Notes: generated by a model not told the origin, from the letters alone. 64,000 nt of DNA from Octopus vulgaris (GCA_951406725.2 OX597819.1:81964001-82028000), one strand, 5' to 3'. Positions 24,801 to 37,949 are shown, counted from the stretch's first letter. Program-made: numbers and translations.

Positions 24801-25561
24801 CGATTTCGTATCTCAGCTTTTCAATTCGGTTAACTTCCAATTTATCATGTTGAAACAGTTAATTTATTGCCGAGATACTGTATCGACGTATATTATCTTT
24901 GCTTTGGGAATGAAGCAACAACATTGTTTTGGGAATTAAATGACTACATTGTTTTAGACATTACATTTTATAGATCGGCACAGCAGGTGGAATCAATAGA
25001 AAGCCAGGAACTACTTTACATCGCCTGTCTTACTGTACTGAGTTCAAATTTCTAACATGTTTTTTTCTCCGAGTAAGAAATAAATAACAGCAATAAATTG
25101 TTGAGTCAAAATATATTGCTGTAATTGTAAAATGTGAAGAGCATAAAAGTTGTGTCAGCTAGCCGAGTTCACGTCTCGTAATGTCCTTTCGGTTTTCCAT
25201 AAAATAATTTGCTTAAGTATCAAATCAATAGTCCAAAAATAAAATAGCGAGTGCTGTCGAGAAGAATTAAGTTGAAAGAACGAGCAGGCTTAATTGTTTT
25301 CTTTTCTCAGTGATTTTGAAAAAGTATTAACGTTACACAATCACATTCTCTTTCTCACTGGATTTGTGTCTTGAGCATAATAAAAAAGTTTATATTTTAA
25401 AAGGCAATAATTACAAATTATTTACATAACAAATAAATTGGGTGGAGCAGAAAGCATTTTTTAAATACGAATTTGAAAGCTGTCTTCTATGTTTAGTGGT
25501 ATAGCTTATGATATGTGAGTAATTATCTGTTTCTATTTCTTTAAATTATATTTGAAATATT

Positions 25562-25760
25562 ATGGCTCAATGGTTAGAGCGTCGGGCTTATAATCGTGCG
25601 GATGTGTGATCGATTCCCGGATCTGGTTGTGTGTTGTGTTCTTGAGCAAAAACCCTTGTTCACGTTGCTCCAGTTTACTAAGCTGTAGAAAATGAGTTGC
25701 GACATCACTGGTACCAAACTGTATTGGCCTTTGCCTTTCCCTTGGTCAAAATCGGTGGTG
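25562..25760 (+). mobile_element. tRNA-derived SINE with CORE/Deu-like central domain
   Basis: TGGCTCAATGGTTAGAGCG A box, GATCGATTCCC B box, then TGTGTTCTTGAGCAA...CTCCAGTTTACTAAGCTGTAGAAAATGAGT. Confidence 0.75.
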
Positions 25761-25774
25761 TACAGAGCACAAAA

Positions 25775-27500
25775 CTTTGTGTATAAAATGAAAACAAGAA
25801 CAGTTAACCCAGGACAACAAGGGATCCCACACATCCTGGTTACTTCCACCGCCATGAGCATCTCAGCAGCTGCCTCCCTCCTCTCAACTCTTCTGGATTA
25901 CAAGCGTAGGTTCAGAGTAGGTCCATTCACGGAGATCATCCTCGTCACATTCACCCACATTTCAGCAAAACTATTGGGTAGTGGACACTACTTTCCTCTC
26001 CAACTTCACTCTCCTTCGCATGTGGAATTTGAAAAAGTCGATGAGGGCTTGGCTGAAGAAGAAGGTATTTGTCTTCAGTCTTTTTAGCCTAGTCCACGAC
26101 AATACCTCTTTCGCCATAGCCACCAGAAAGAGGAAAATTGTCTTTCCTTCCAGGTTAAAATAAGGCGGCGGAGTGATCTTCACGATGGACTTGGATCCGT
26201 CCTACACGTGTCAACAGCTGTTCAACAAAACTCCACAAGTCAGCAATGCACGGTCACTTGACGAGTGCATGCATAACGGTTTCGTCGCCCTGTGCACTTC
26301 TCAGACAGGTCCGTCTGCCAGCACTTTTGTATCTGTAGAGCTTGTATCTAACTGACAGAGCCTCCCGGTAGCACTACCAGGTCAGGGATTTCTAGAATTT
26401 ATTCATAGGCTCCAGCCCGAGAGTCCTCCGGAAAAGACCGACTTATTCATCCTCATCCCCTACGCTCAGAGTTTCCTCGAATACGTTGTTGCCCGCCACT
26501 AATCCTCAATAGAAAAATAATTTAGAACTTCCATCGACCGCATTGCCCGACAGGCAGAGGACTATGAGCACTTACAGACACTCCAAGTGCCAAGCGCCCT
26601 TTCTCTGTCTATGCTTGATCCAGAACTGAAGCTCCGTCAATGAAGCGAGCCGCTCACGGTTAAGAAAGTGCTGGAGATGGAACAGACCTAGCGCATGTCC
26701 GCATCATTAACCACACGGATGCCCAGCAGTTGGACCCTCTAGCGAGTGAAAAACGGAAGAGCACGAGTTCCAACTTTAACAGCTACGAAGCAGGACAAGA
26801 ACGACGGTTTGCCGGTAGTAGATAACGGAAGCGATCTATGCATTCGCCACCTCCACCCGACCCTTCAGGGGCAGCTTCCTCCCTGCCCATTTCTGGGTGA
26901 GACTGGCCATTCTGCTCGTTACCTTCCCCGAGTTTTTGTACATATGGAGGTCCAGACTCCGAGCAATTTAACCGGTCTTTCCGTCCAGCGCCATACGAGC
27001 TACGGGCTCATTGATTTGTCTCGACAAATCTTTGCTCCTGTCACAGCTTCGTTCTTCTTTAAAATAGTGCCAATCATCTCGATTTCCGAGCCATCCGACG
27101 CTATTACGCCGACATCGTCCGCATAAGCTGACACGAAACTTCCGGGAATGCCCCTCGAAATATCCAATGTCATTAGTAATAGCTTCAGAGCCAGCGCATA
27201 GAAAAGAGGCGAGAGTAGACATCCTTGACAGACCGGACGAGCGATCCTAAACGCGTCCGATTGGTGGCCATTTGCTTTAACCACCGAACATATGTCACTG
27301 TGCATTGCAGGGATCTAGCCTCTAAAAACGGGATCGAAACCGGCCACCGAGAGGACAGCCTCCAAGTATTCATGGTGGACCCCATCAAAAGCTTTTGATT
27401 AATCAAAATTGATCAGGGCCCACCCATGCCAGTTTCTTTTCTACCCTCACTAAGATGTAGTGCGTGAGGTAGAGGTTATCGTGGATAGATCCACCAGATT
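25775..27500 (-). mobile_element. Decayed L1/Tx1-clade LINE (ORF2 RT and C-terminal region)
   Basis: SIHDNL...LINFD*SKAFDGVHHEYL, VCQGCLLSPLFYALAL...AYADDV...TGAKICRDKS; C-terminal IFLFLVAMAKEV is homologous to 62040-62120. Confidence 0.85.
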
Positions 27501-28063
27501 TAATGTAGAGTAGCACCTCCACATTGGTCCCAGACTAATTTACGAAATGGGTCGACTTCATCTCCAGGAGGCTGTTACACCCTTCCAAAACTACACAGGA
27601 TATAATCCACTATAAACTTACCAGAATTTCTGAGATCTTTATATGCTCCGTCCTTCTTCCATCTTCCTTCCTAAATACGATGGGAGCACTCCGACAGGGA
27701 ATCACGGACTGTTTGGCGGTCTGAGCTTCGGAGCTGAAGAACACTGAAATGTCTGCAAAGTGTTTCACCCTCGAGATATGCTGAATTATGTCTTTCAGTG
27801 CTCTTCCTCGGCTGCCTGACTAGCCGTCTCCGGCCACTTTGTGCTTATAGAATCACGTTAATAAATACCTGTCTTTTTTATGTTTCTGCCAGCACCTAAG
27901 TGGGGATAGCAATATCTGGCTGCTTGAGCTAAGCAAATATCTTCCTGTAGTATATCCATTTTTAAATAGCTCTGAGCTTTTCAGAACCGTGGCTGAGAAT
28001 GTATTGCTGTTGTTATTATTGTTGTTATTATTGGCCGGTGAACGGTATGGAATATTTGAATAC

Positions 28064-28910
28064 TTACAAGGGTAATCCCAAAAGTAAGGTCTCCAGAAAT
28101 ATTTAGAAATCACAAAAAACGTTTATTGTCAAAAATGTTTACATTATTTTAAAGTTTGAACATTTATCTATTTTTCTACATAATTGCCATTTCGGCGCTG
28201 GAGCAGTTTTTGTATGCCCATGTCATACCAGCTCACTGCCATGTCGTTGAGGAAGCGTTGAACTTCATCTTTCACCTCATCGTCGTTGCTGAAGCGCGTC
28301 TCGGCTAAATGTTCATTCAACTTAGGGAACAGATGTTAGTTACTGGGTGCCGAGTTCGGACTATAAGGTGGGTTGCCGTTTATGATCTTCTGGGAGCATT
28401 CGTGGGACCCATCTTGCGCATATCTCCTGATATTACAACTTTTCACTCAAAATCCTATGAATGGTGCTTCGGGAAACCTCAGGAACCAAAATGCGCAGAT
28501 CATTCAGAGTGATCCGTCGATTTCTATGCAGTATTTACTCAACCTTCGCGACTGTCTCGTCGGAAATTGATGATCGCCCGCTTCTTTCTTCGTCATAAGT
28601 TTTAGTACGACCAGCTGCAAACTCTCTACACCACTTGCAGACATTTTTGACATCCATGCACGACTCGCCATACACTTCCGTTAATTTGCGATGAATTTCA
28701 ATCGCCTTTTGCGTTCAAACACCGAATAACTGCGCGAACTTCACACTTGGCGGGAGCATCAATCTGGAGCTCCATCAGATACAATTGCCAAGCCAAGACT
28801 GAGCGTGGCAGCGAGGCGCACACAGGGGAAGGCGCATGCACAACAAAACACAAGTGTTGCCAATAGCCACACAGTTTCCCTGCGTCCCCATTGCTTTGGA
28901 TACTTTACAT
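28064..28910 (-). mobile_element. Internally deleted mariner (irritans/Hsmar2-like)
   Basis: N-terminus MELQIDAPAKCEVRAVIRCLNAK..IEIHRKLTEVYG...DEERSGR joined to C-terminus PPYSPNSAPSN*HLFPKLNEHL..RFSNDDEVK...GNYVEK*. TIR-like TACAAGGGTAATCCCAAAAGTAAGGTCTCC at 28064; other end degenerate. Confidence 0.8.
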
Positions 28911-28924
28911 GCAACAGCACGAAA

Positions 28925-30557
28925 TGCTGGAGAACCGAGTTAACAGCAGGGAATTAGGTATTAGGATAAGTGAAAATCAAGAGAGGAATCTTCCAGGGTG
29001 ACAGTGTATCTCCATTGACCTTTTTGTTAGGAATGATTTCCTTGAATGAAATACTGCGGGAGACAAATTTAGGGCATGATCTGGAAAAGCTTAACCACCT
29101 GCTATTCATGGGTGATTTGAAGTTGTTCGCTAAAAGTTAGCAGTCTATTTGATTCTGTGAGGGTTTTCTTTAATGATATCAAGATGGAATTTAGACTACC
29201 TTAGTGAACTGTGATGGTGATGAGACAAGGAAAGTTTCTCAGAATAGAAATTATACGTATGCCAAGTAGTGAAATGATGTAGGCAATTGAACCTGAATCC
29301 GGATATAAGTACCTGAGAATACTTGAGACTGACAGAATTAAGCATATTGATATGAAAGAAAAGACAACGAAAGAGCATCTGTGGTAGCTGAGAATGATAT
29401 TGGATACAAAGCTGAATGCCAGAAATATAATTTCGAAATAAACCCGTACGCAGTCGCAGTGATACAATACGGAGCTGGAATTCTGAAGTGGACAGAGGAC
29501 GAGCTAAAAGGTATTGGACAGGAAAACAAAAAAGCTCCTAACGATACATGGAGACCATCATCCACGTGCAGACACTGATTACCTACATATGAAGAGAGCA
29601 AACAAAGGAAGGGAGTCTCATGAATATAAAACACGGTGCGCTTCTTGAACTTGGAAACTTGCAGCGGTATCTAACTCAAAGTGAGGAAAACTTGTTAGAA
29701 CCGAGTGACATTTTGAAAGCAGAAAAATAGTAAAGAGCAAAACAAAAAGTTGAAGGACATCAACATGCACTACTCAGCGAGGAACTACACAATCAATTCC
29801 ATGTAGCCAAAGCTGAAGTTACTGAAGAACACAGGTGTGATTGGTTGCAGAAAGGAACACTGGAGCTTTGGCTACAATTTGGTGGGTCAACCTCAGGCAT
29901 AGAATTGACGAAACCATTGCCCATATTGTGAACGAATGCTCTGGGCTTGCCCAAAACCAATATAAGCTGTGGCGACACGATGAGGTTACGAAAGTGTTGC
30001 ACTGGAAACTGTGAAAAGTTGGGGTTAGAGGAAGACAAAAAATGGTATGAGGCAAACCACAGAGACTGATGGAGTTGGAAGCCAGCGAAATCATGTGGAA
30101 TTTTCTAATCCAAACAAAACAAGTGATTGAAGATTACAAGACGGACCCAGTATTGGTGGACAAATTGCACCATATATGGTCTATGACTGATGTTGCATGC
30201 CTATTTGATCCACACAATAGTTAAGAAGCAAAGCGAAAAAACATGGACAAACCTCTTAAATACGAGATAGCTTGATTGTGAAAAATGAAGATGGAGAAGA
30301 TAGTGCCAATTATTATTTGCTCCTTAGGGACAGTATCAGAAGGCATCAAGAAGAATTTAAAGGAAATGGGAATAAAGTGCCTAATAGACTGTTACAAAAA
30401 GTTTGCCTCCTTGGCATGACCAGAATCATCAGGAAAGTATTAAATAATTGAAAAGAACAGATAGCGTAGTACCGTAGTCTGCAAGTAGAAAGCATGCAAA
30501 ACTCCAGGAGTTCTAACAAAAGCTGAAAAGCTGACTTAAAAGAAGAAGAACAACAGC
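28925..30557 (+). mobile_element. Old decayed R4/Dong-type RLE non-LTR retrotransposon
   Basis: KIKRGIFQGDSVSPL...LNHLLFMGDLKLFAKS, AVAVIQYGAGILKWT, TIAHIVNECSGLAQNQYKLWRHD, VPIIICSLG, CLLGMTRIIRKVL; ends in (TAA)n. Confidence 0.85.
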
Positions 30558-30660
30558 AATAATAATAATAATAATAATGATAATGATGATAATAATAATA
30601 ATAATAATAATAATGATAATAATAATAATAATAATAATAATCATAATAATAATAATAATA
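30558..30660. repeat. (TAA)n microsatellite
   Basis: Direct observation. Confidence 0.97.
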
Positions 30661-31209
30661 GATGCAGTACCAGGCAGTGGCTCTCGTGGCTTCTGATCTT
30701 AACTGATTGGAAGTGTTATCCTGTACATTGTTTTGTCTTGGTATAAAAGATGGACTACAGCAAATATTCTACTCAATACCACAGATTTGCTTGTCGGTTG
30801 TTTGACCTTAACCACTCGAGCATGTCCCTTAGTGGTTGACGGTATGTGCATCTCTGATCATGAGCAGAAGTAGTGGGGGAGCATCATAGTCATGTATTGA
30901 GAGGGATTCTTTGGGGTTTGAATAATTCACCTCTGGAAACATGGGTGGTTCTTTCAACATCATTAAACAACTCTTATTCAGGGACCTTTTGAATGGGATG
31001 GGTTACTCGACCAGAAAAAAATTCTAACTGAGCTCCACCTGCAAGGTCATGTGCTGTTTATATTGGTATGAGATCACAATGACGCGCACATATGGTTGTG
31101 ATGCATGTGCCTGGTGTACCCTTATCAGAGAGGTAGTCATGTTGGATATACTGGGCTTCGTATATTTTACCCCAATGTCACTTTGATGGCATGCACCGCT
31201 CTCTCACGC
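30661..31209 (+). mobile_element. ~550-bp non-coding unit bounded by (TAA)n on both sides
   Basis: Sharp boundaries with TAA tracts, higher GC than the background, no ORF; classification unknown. Confidence 0.5.
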
Positions 31210-31235
31210 AATAATAATAATAATAATAATAATAA

Positions 31236-33462
31236 TATCTAACAGGAATTCACAAAAAGCTGGCTGAAAACTTTAACAGCATACTAGCAGAGCCAGAGAC
31301 AATGCCTGAATGGCTCACGAAGGGGAAAACCATCTTAATTCTCAAATCAAATGAAACAGCAAAACCAGAAAACTACAGACCAATAACCTGCCTCCCTACT
31401 ATGTTCAAGGCATTTACTACAGTGATATCGCAAAGGCTGAACAAGCACCTGGACGAAAACAAACTGTTCCCAGAAGAGCAGAAAGGATGCCGCAAAGGCT
31501 CATATGGCTGTAAAGATCAACTAATGATTAATAAAGCCGTAACTGAAGACAGCCACAGAAAGAAGAAAGGCCTCAGTATGGCCTAGATTGACTACAAAAA
31601 GGCGTTTGATAGCATCCCCCACACTTGGATCCTCGAAACACTAGCCATTAACAAAGTAGCACCAACAATCATAAAATTCATAGAGCACTCTATGAATAAA
31701 TGGCAAACAGTCCTACACCTCCAAACAAAAGAGGGACTCATGAAAACCAAAGACATCCCCATTAGGAGAGGAATATTCCAGGGAGACACGCTCTCTCCAC
31801 TCCTTTTCTGCTTGGCACTGTCACCTCTATCTGATATGCTAAATAGAACTGGATGCGGATATAAATGTTACGGCAAAACGATCAGCCACCTTTTATATAT
31901 GGATGACCTAAAACTATACGCTGCAAATGACAAACAGCTGGAAACACTATTAAAGACAGTTCATGGATTTACCAAAGAAATAGATATGAAATTTGGATTA
32001 GAAAAATGCGCCAAAGTAACCATGAAAAGAGGAAAACTAGTTAAGAGTAACAACATCACACTAGATAAAACCAATGAAATAAAAGAATTAGACCAAAGCC
32101 AAACTTACAAATACTTAGGAATCCATGAACTAGACAAGACACAACACACACAAATGAAAGAGAAAATAAAAAAAAAGAATATTATAGACGAGTTAGATCA
32201 ATACTAAAAACAGAGCTCAATGCTAAAAACAAGATAATAGGTATCAACACTTTAGCTGTCCCAGTTATAAGTTACAGCTACAATATCCTTAACTGGACAC
32301 GAAATGAACTGTCCAAAATAGATAGGAAAACAAGAAAAATAGTGACAGGATCTAGGATGCATCACCCAAAATCTGACATAGAAAGACTATATATACAACG
32401 TATAGAAGGTGGTAGAGGCCTTATACAGCTGGAAAACTACTATAAAATAACCACCATAGGACTGCAAAAATATCTACTTCAGAAGGAAGGAAAACTGATC
32501 CAGATAGCAGCAAAACACGAGCAAAACAAAAAACTGTTCTCAGTATTTAAGGAAGCTGACAAATACAAACAAGAAATCATACCACCTAATAAACATGAAG
32601 ATGAAGAAGAAGAAGATGATGAAGAAACAACAAAAGCTATAAAACAAATGAAATCCAAACTGAAAATAGAACAGCAACGAACCATGATAAAACGATGGCA
32701 AGAAAAGCCCCTTCATGGTAAATACTGCACTAAACTAAACGCAAAAGAAATATACAAAGAAAAATCCCAGCAATGGTTGAGAAGCTCAGGACTCAAAGCA
32801 GAGACAGAGGGATATTTAATTGCAGCACAAGACCAAAGCCTCCCCACCAGAAATTACCAAAAACATGTAATGAAAAGAAATATTACAAGTAACTGCAGAA
32901 TATGTGGAGATGGACAAGAAACAATAAATCATATTATCTCTAGCTGCCCAGTCCTGGCTAAGAAGGAATATATTCACAGACATGACAGAGTTGGAACCTA
33001 CATACATTGGAAGCTATGCCAACATTATGGAATAACAACAGAAAAAAGATGGTATAGGCACACACCAGAAAATGTCACAGAAAACGAGAAAGCAACCATA
33101 CTCTGGGATATGCCGATACACACAGATAGAGAAATTAAGGCCAACAGACCAGATATAGTTATCAGAGATCATGAAGAAAAAAAATGTTTCCTAATTGATG
33201 TATCAATACCGGCAGATGACAACGTGTCTCTAAAAGAAATGGAGAAACTCTCAAAATACAAAGACCTGGAAATAGAGGTAACTAGAATGTGGAATCTGAA
33301 AACAGAAACAATTCCTATCATAGTAGGTGCATTAGGCATGATAAAAAATATTCAGACAAATACATAACAAAAACACCAGGACTTACAAACACATATAACA
33401 TACAGAAAATTGCACTACTAGGCACTGCACACATCCTACGCAGAACACTTTCCATACAATAA
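31236..33462 (+). pseudogene. RT-zinc knuckle-RLE ORF with one stop and two poly-A frameshifts
   Basis: TAG in place of Trp at 31584, +2 in the poly-A near 32170, -1 in the poly-A near 33345 (both by comparison with copy B). Reconstructed end: IQKIALLGTAHILRRTLSIQ*. Confidence 0.9.
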
Positions 33463-33560
33463 CCATCAGAGCATCACAACAAATCACAGCACATACCCAA
33501 GGCACACAGAGCTGCGCTCGGTAGTGAAGTGAAAGCACGCTATAAAAATAAAACTACTGA
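31236..33560 (+). mobile_element. Young 5'-truncated R4/Dong-clade RLE retrotransposon, copy A
   Basis: RT motifs YRPITCL, EEQKG, DYKKAFDS, GIFQGDTLSPLLF, YMDD, YKYLG; CCHC knuckle CRICGDGQETINHIISSC; RHD; RLE RPDIV...LIDVSIP...KLSKY; TAA tracts on both sides. Confidence 0.93.
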
Positions 33561-33585
33561 ATGATAATAATAATAATAATAATAA

Positions 33586-34950
33586 CACACAACACACACA
33601 AATGAAAGAGAAAATAAATAAAGAATATTATAGACGAGTTAGATCAATACTAAAAACAGAGCTCAATGCTAAAAACAAGATAATAGGTATTAACACTTTA
33701 GCCGTCCCAGTTGTAAGTTACAGCTGCAATATCCTTAACTGGACGCTAAATGAACTAACCAAAATAGATAGGAAAACAAGAAAAATAATGACAGGATCTA
33801 GGATGCATCACCCAAAATCTGACATAGAAAGGCTATATATACAACGTATAGAAGGTGGTAGAGGTCTTATAAAGCTGGAAAACTACTATAAAACAACCAC
33901 CATAGGACTGCAAAAATATCTACTTCAGAAGCAAGGGAAACTGATACAAATAGCGGCAAAACACGAGCAAAACAAAAAAATTGTTCTCAGTATTTAAGGA
34001 AGCTGACAAATACAAACAAGAAATCATACCACCTAAAAAATATGAAGAAGAAGAAGAAGAAGAAGAAGAAGAAGAAGAAGAAGAAGAAGAAGAAGAAGAA
34101 GAAGAAGAAGAAGAAGAAGAAGAAAAACATCAAAAGCTATTAAACAAATGAAATCCAAACTAGAACAGCAACGAACCATGATAAAACGATGGCAAGAAAA
34201 GCCCCTTCATGGTAAATACTGGACTAAACTAAATACAAAAGAAATATACAAAGAAAAATCCTAGCAATGGTTGAGAAGCTCAGGACTCAAATCAGAGACA
34301 GAGGGATTTTTAATTGCAGCACAAGACCAAGGCTTCCCCACCAGAAATTACCAAAAACATGTAATGAAAAGAAATATAACAAGTAACTGCAGAATATGTG
34401 GAAATGGACAGGAAACAATAAATCATATTATCTCTGGCTGCCCAGTCCTGGCTAAGAAGGAATATATTCACAGACACGGCAGAGTTGGGACCTACATACA
34501 CTGGAAGCTATGCCAACATTATGGAATAACAACAGAAAAAAGGTGGTATAGGCACACACCAGAAAAGGTAACAGAAAACGAGAAAGCAACCATACTCTGG
34601 GATATGCCAATACACACAGATAGAGAAATTAAGAAATGGAGAAACTTTCAAAATAGAAAGACCTGGAAATAGAGGTAACTAGAATCTAAAAACAGAAACA
34701 ATTCCTATCATAGTAGGTGCATTAGGCATGATAAAAAAATATTCAGACAAATACATAACAAAAACACCAGGACTTACAAACACATATAACATACAGAGAA
34801 TTGCACTACTAAGCACTGCACACATCCTACGCAGAACACTTTCAATACAGTAACAATCAGAGCATCACAACAAATCACAACACATACCCAAGGCACACAG
34901 AGCTGCGCTCGGTAGTGAGGTGAAAGCACGCTATAAAAATAAAACTACTG
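33586..34950 (+). mobile_element. R4/Dong-clade copy B, more truncated, RLE core deleted
   Basis: Near-identical to copy A from ~32140 onward with a near-identical 3' UTR ending AAATAAAACTACTG; TAA tracts on both sides. Confidence 0.93.
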
Positions 34951-34969
34951 AATAATAATAATAATAATG

Positions 34970-35027
<58 letters not shown>

Positions 35028-35112
35028 TAATAACAATAATAATAATAATAATAATAATAATTATAATAATATTAATCAATAATAATAATAATAATGATTA
35101 TCAATAATAATG

Positions 35113-35179
<67 letters not shown>

Positions 35180-35190
35180 TAAATAATGAT
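34951..35190. repeat. (TAA)n microsatellite
   Basis: ~240-bp imperfect TAA run. Confidence 0.97.
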
Positions 35191-37949
35191 TAATATTGCG
35201 AATTGATATGTTACTGGTAACAAAATGATCATTTGATTATTTTGTTATTACATGAAACCTCATTTTGGCTATGGATAGAAATACATGTCTGTTCGTATAA
35301 TATATTGTAATTGTAATCAATATACACGAGTTTGCTTAGGTATGGTATTGATTTTGCCAGGTTTAATACTTGGACGACAAAACAGAATTCAATGAATAAT
35401 TCTGTGTAGGAAAGAATGCAATAATTTGGTATTTGCCCGATACTAGATAACTTGTTTTAAACATTGCCTTAGAACTATCATTCATAAAATTTTATCAACG
35501 AAAATAGTGTTGAATATATACAAGCTTTGACAGTCATTTGGATTCAACTTTTAGTATGGTAATACGTATAAGACTATGACCTCGCATTCAACATAACATT
35601 GACTTAACATCATTACATAAACAACATGGTATAAGGATTATGATTAGGAGACGCGTGCTCAAGTCTATATCCAAAATTAGAATATGTAATGTTCAATAAG
35701 ATATCATAACGTTTTTTATAACATCATTCGGGCCCGTTGTTTGAAACTGAAGCCTATGTCTGCAGTTAAATATGACTTGTCAAATGTCAATTGGATGTAG
35801 TCAGTTGTACAGCGCTGGTGAAGAAAACTTTGTAATTGATCGGAATTTTCCCTGTTAAAAAAAGGATTGCTATTAGATTATCAAAGCGCGAAAAAGGTAT
35901 TGATTAGGGGGTAGTACGAGTAGTTTATCTTTATTTATTCCCAACTAGTCGTGGAGTAATCATTTGTAAATTAATTATTTATACTTTCCAAAACCTAAGA
36001 TGGCAGATACATGCGTAATAACGTTGACTGTTTTAAAGACAGCCCTGTTGGTTTGCTATTCTGAGATTTAAATTGGGATTATCATGTTGACAGATTCCAT
36101 TTTTTAATTGAAAGGAATTAATGAGTAACACATGCGAAAGAATTAGATTATGTAACCTTTTTAAATTCTGAACATTGCCTTAGAGAATTAATTGATTCTG
36201 ACAATTGGTTGACTATTGGTATTAAATGTTTAAGTTATATACATGTCAAACAAAATGATAGTATTAAACTCCAATACCGCTACGAACAACTGGGTTTTCC
36301 ATCATAAGAATATTTAAAAAATCAATTGCTCATTCTCGTTTTCCAGCTAAAATATTTTGATAGGACATTTAGTGGGCCCAGAGCAAAGGAACGGTGTATC
36401 AGTAAACCTAGTTTTGCTATATATATTTCATGATGCAATTCAGAATATCTACTAAAAGTTTTACAAAGAACAAATTGTATTTTTACTGCTTTACTTTTTA
36501 AACCATATTTGGCTGTAGTGCAGTAAAACCAATAAAAACAGCTAATAATCTAGTGCTCTCGTGTCTTCATTCACCACACTACGAATAATCAAGGCCCCAA
36601 TTGTCTGTTAAGACGTGACATAATAGATTTAATATCGGAATAACATTAATAACTCATTGCTACACTCCGGGGATTGGCGTCAGTCCAAATTGGTTCCAAG
36701 ATTCAGTCCAAGTGTTATTTCATAAACATGTCATTGGAAATAAATAAATTAAGTAAACTGAAAGTTAATCGGAAGCTGTATTTACTAGCATTTGTTCCAC
36801 ATAGACAGTTACATATTGATGCACGCGCTCTCATACTAGTATTCATATACAATAAAGAAAATGAGCATACACCAACATAGACAAACATAGCCTCTCTCTC
36901 TCTCTCTCTCGCTTTCACACACACACACATACACACACACACATAGAGTCTCTCTTACAACACGCATACATACGCATAAAAGAAAAACCACGTACACATT
37001 CATGCATATTTTCTTCAAGCGTGCTAATCTAACCCACCAGTCTGATTTATACGGAAGATAAAGGAAATATAGATTTAGATAGATGTAGCATATTGTCAGA
37101 CGGTCCAGTTTTTTCGTGGGGTGTATATGCTTTAAGAAGATATGAATGATTTCTATCGAGAGGGTGACACCAAACCTATGATTCATGAAGTTGAACTCGA
37201 GACGTTCCAATGATTAGCCTCATGTCTTCTATAACACCATCTGATGGTTTTAGATAATTAATCTGCAGAATGTTTAAACTCTGATACATCTTAGAAAGGA
37301 TTCAACGGCTATTTCCATAAGTAAAAAAAATCAGATCAAATCGATTATACTGAGGATATATTAACTTTGATCAGTATGGAGCAGATCAAAATATACACGC
37401 ACTGCGGTCCTCAGAATACTATACAGGTGTATATTTTCTAGCATCTGATTTGTAATGAAAACTTCCATCGTTGCAGATGTCGTCAATCTTCTATAGTGTC
37501 TTGTAATTGAGTTGTAATCTGATATCAGACTCGTTTTCAAACAATAACTTGGTTTTGTCGCTATCGTATCTCTAAAGTCTTTTGGAGTTTGTTTAATGGT
37601 GTATTTGCAACAAGTATAACATTTTCCCGCACAAATAACACATGAAGTCACGACTGGGGAGAGTGAGTGAAAAGAATTAATACATAATTCATTCTTAAGC
37701 GCAACATATACAAACATACGTATGTATGTGCTTACACACACAGTGGCACACACAAACTTATAAGTTCTCTTTTGCTCTCTAATTTATAATAAAGTTTGGA
37801 CGGCTACCTTATTGGTAGCGAGGTTGTGAAGGAAAGTATCTTGTTTTAACAAGTATTCATTCAAAATTTAAAGTTTTGTAGATTTTTATAGTCCCTGATA
37901 TCGTGATCATTTGTAGAGTATGAATTAAGGATTTACATTCTCTCGCCAA

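Noticed and set aside
33586-34950. Copy B as a simple tandem duplication or assembly artefact of copy A
   Set aside because: Many substitutions, private deletions, a different GAA length and complementary frameshift states favour an independent insertion.
30558-35190. CRISPR-like or telomere-like repeat-spacer array
   Set aside because: Repeats are variable-length TAA microsatellites and the spacers are kb-scale retroelement pieces; no cas genes; eukaryotic context.
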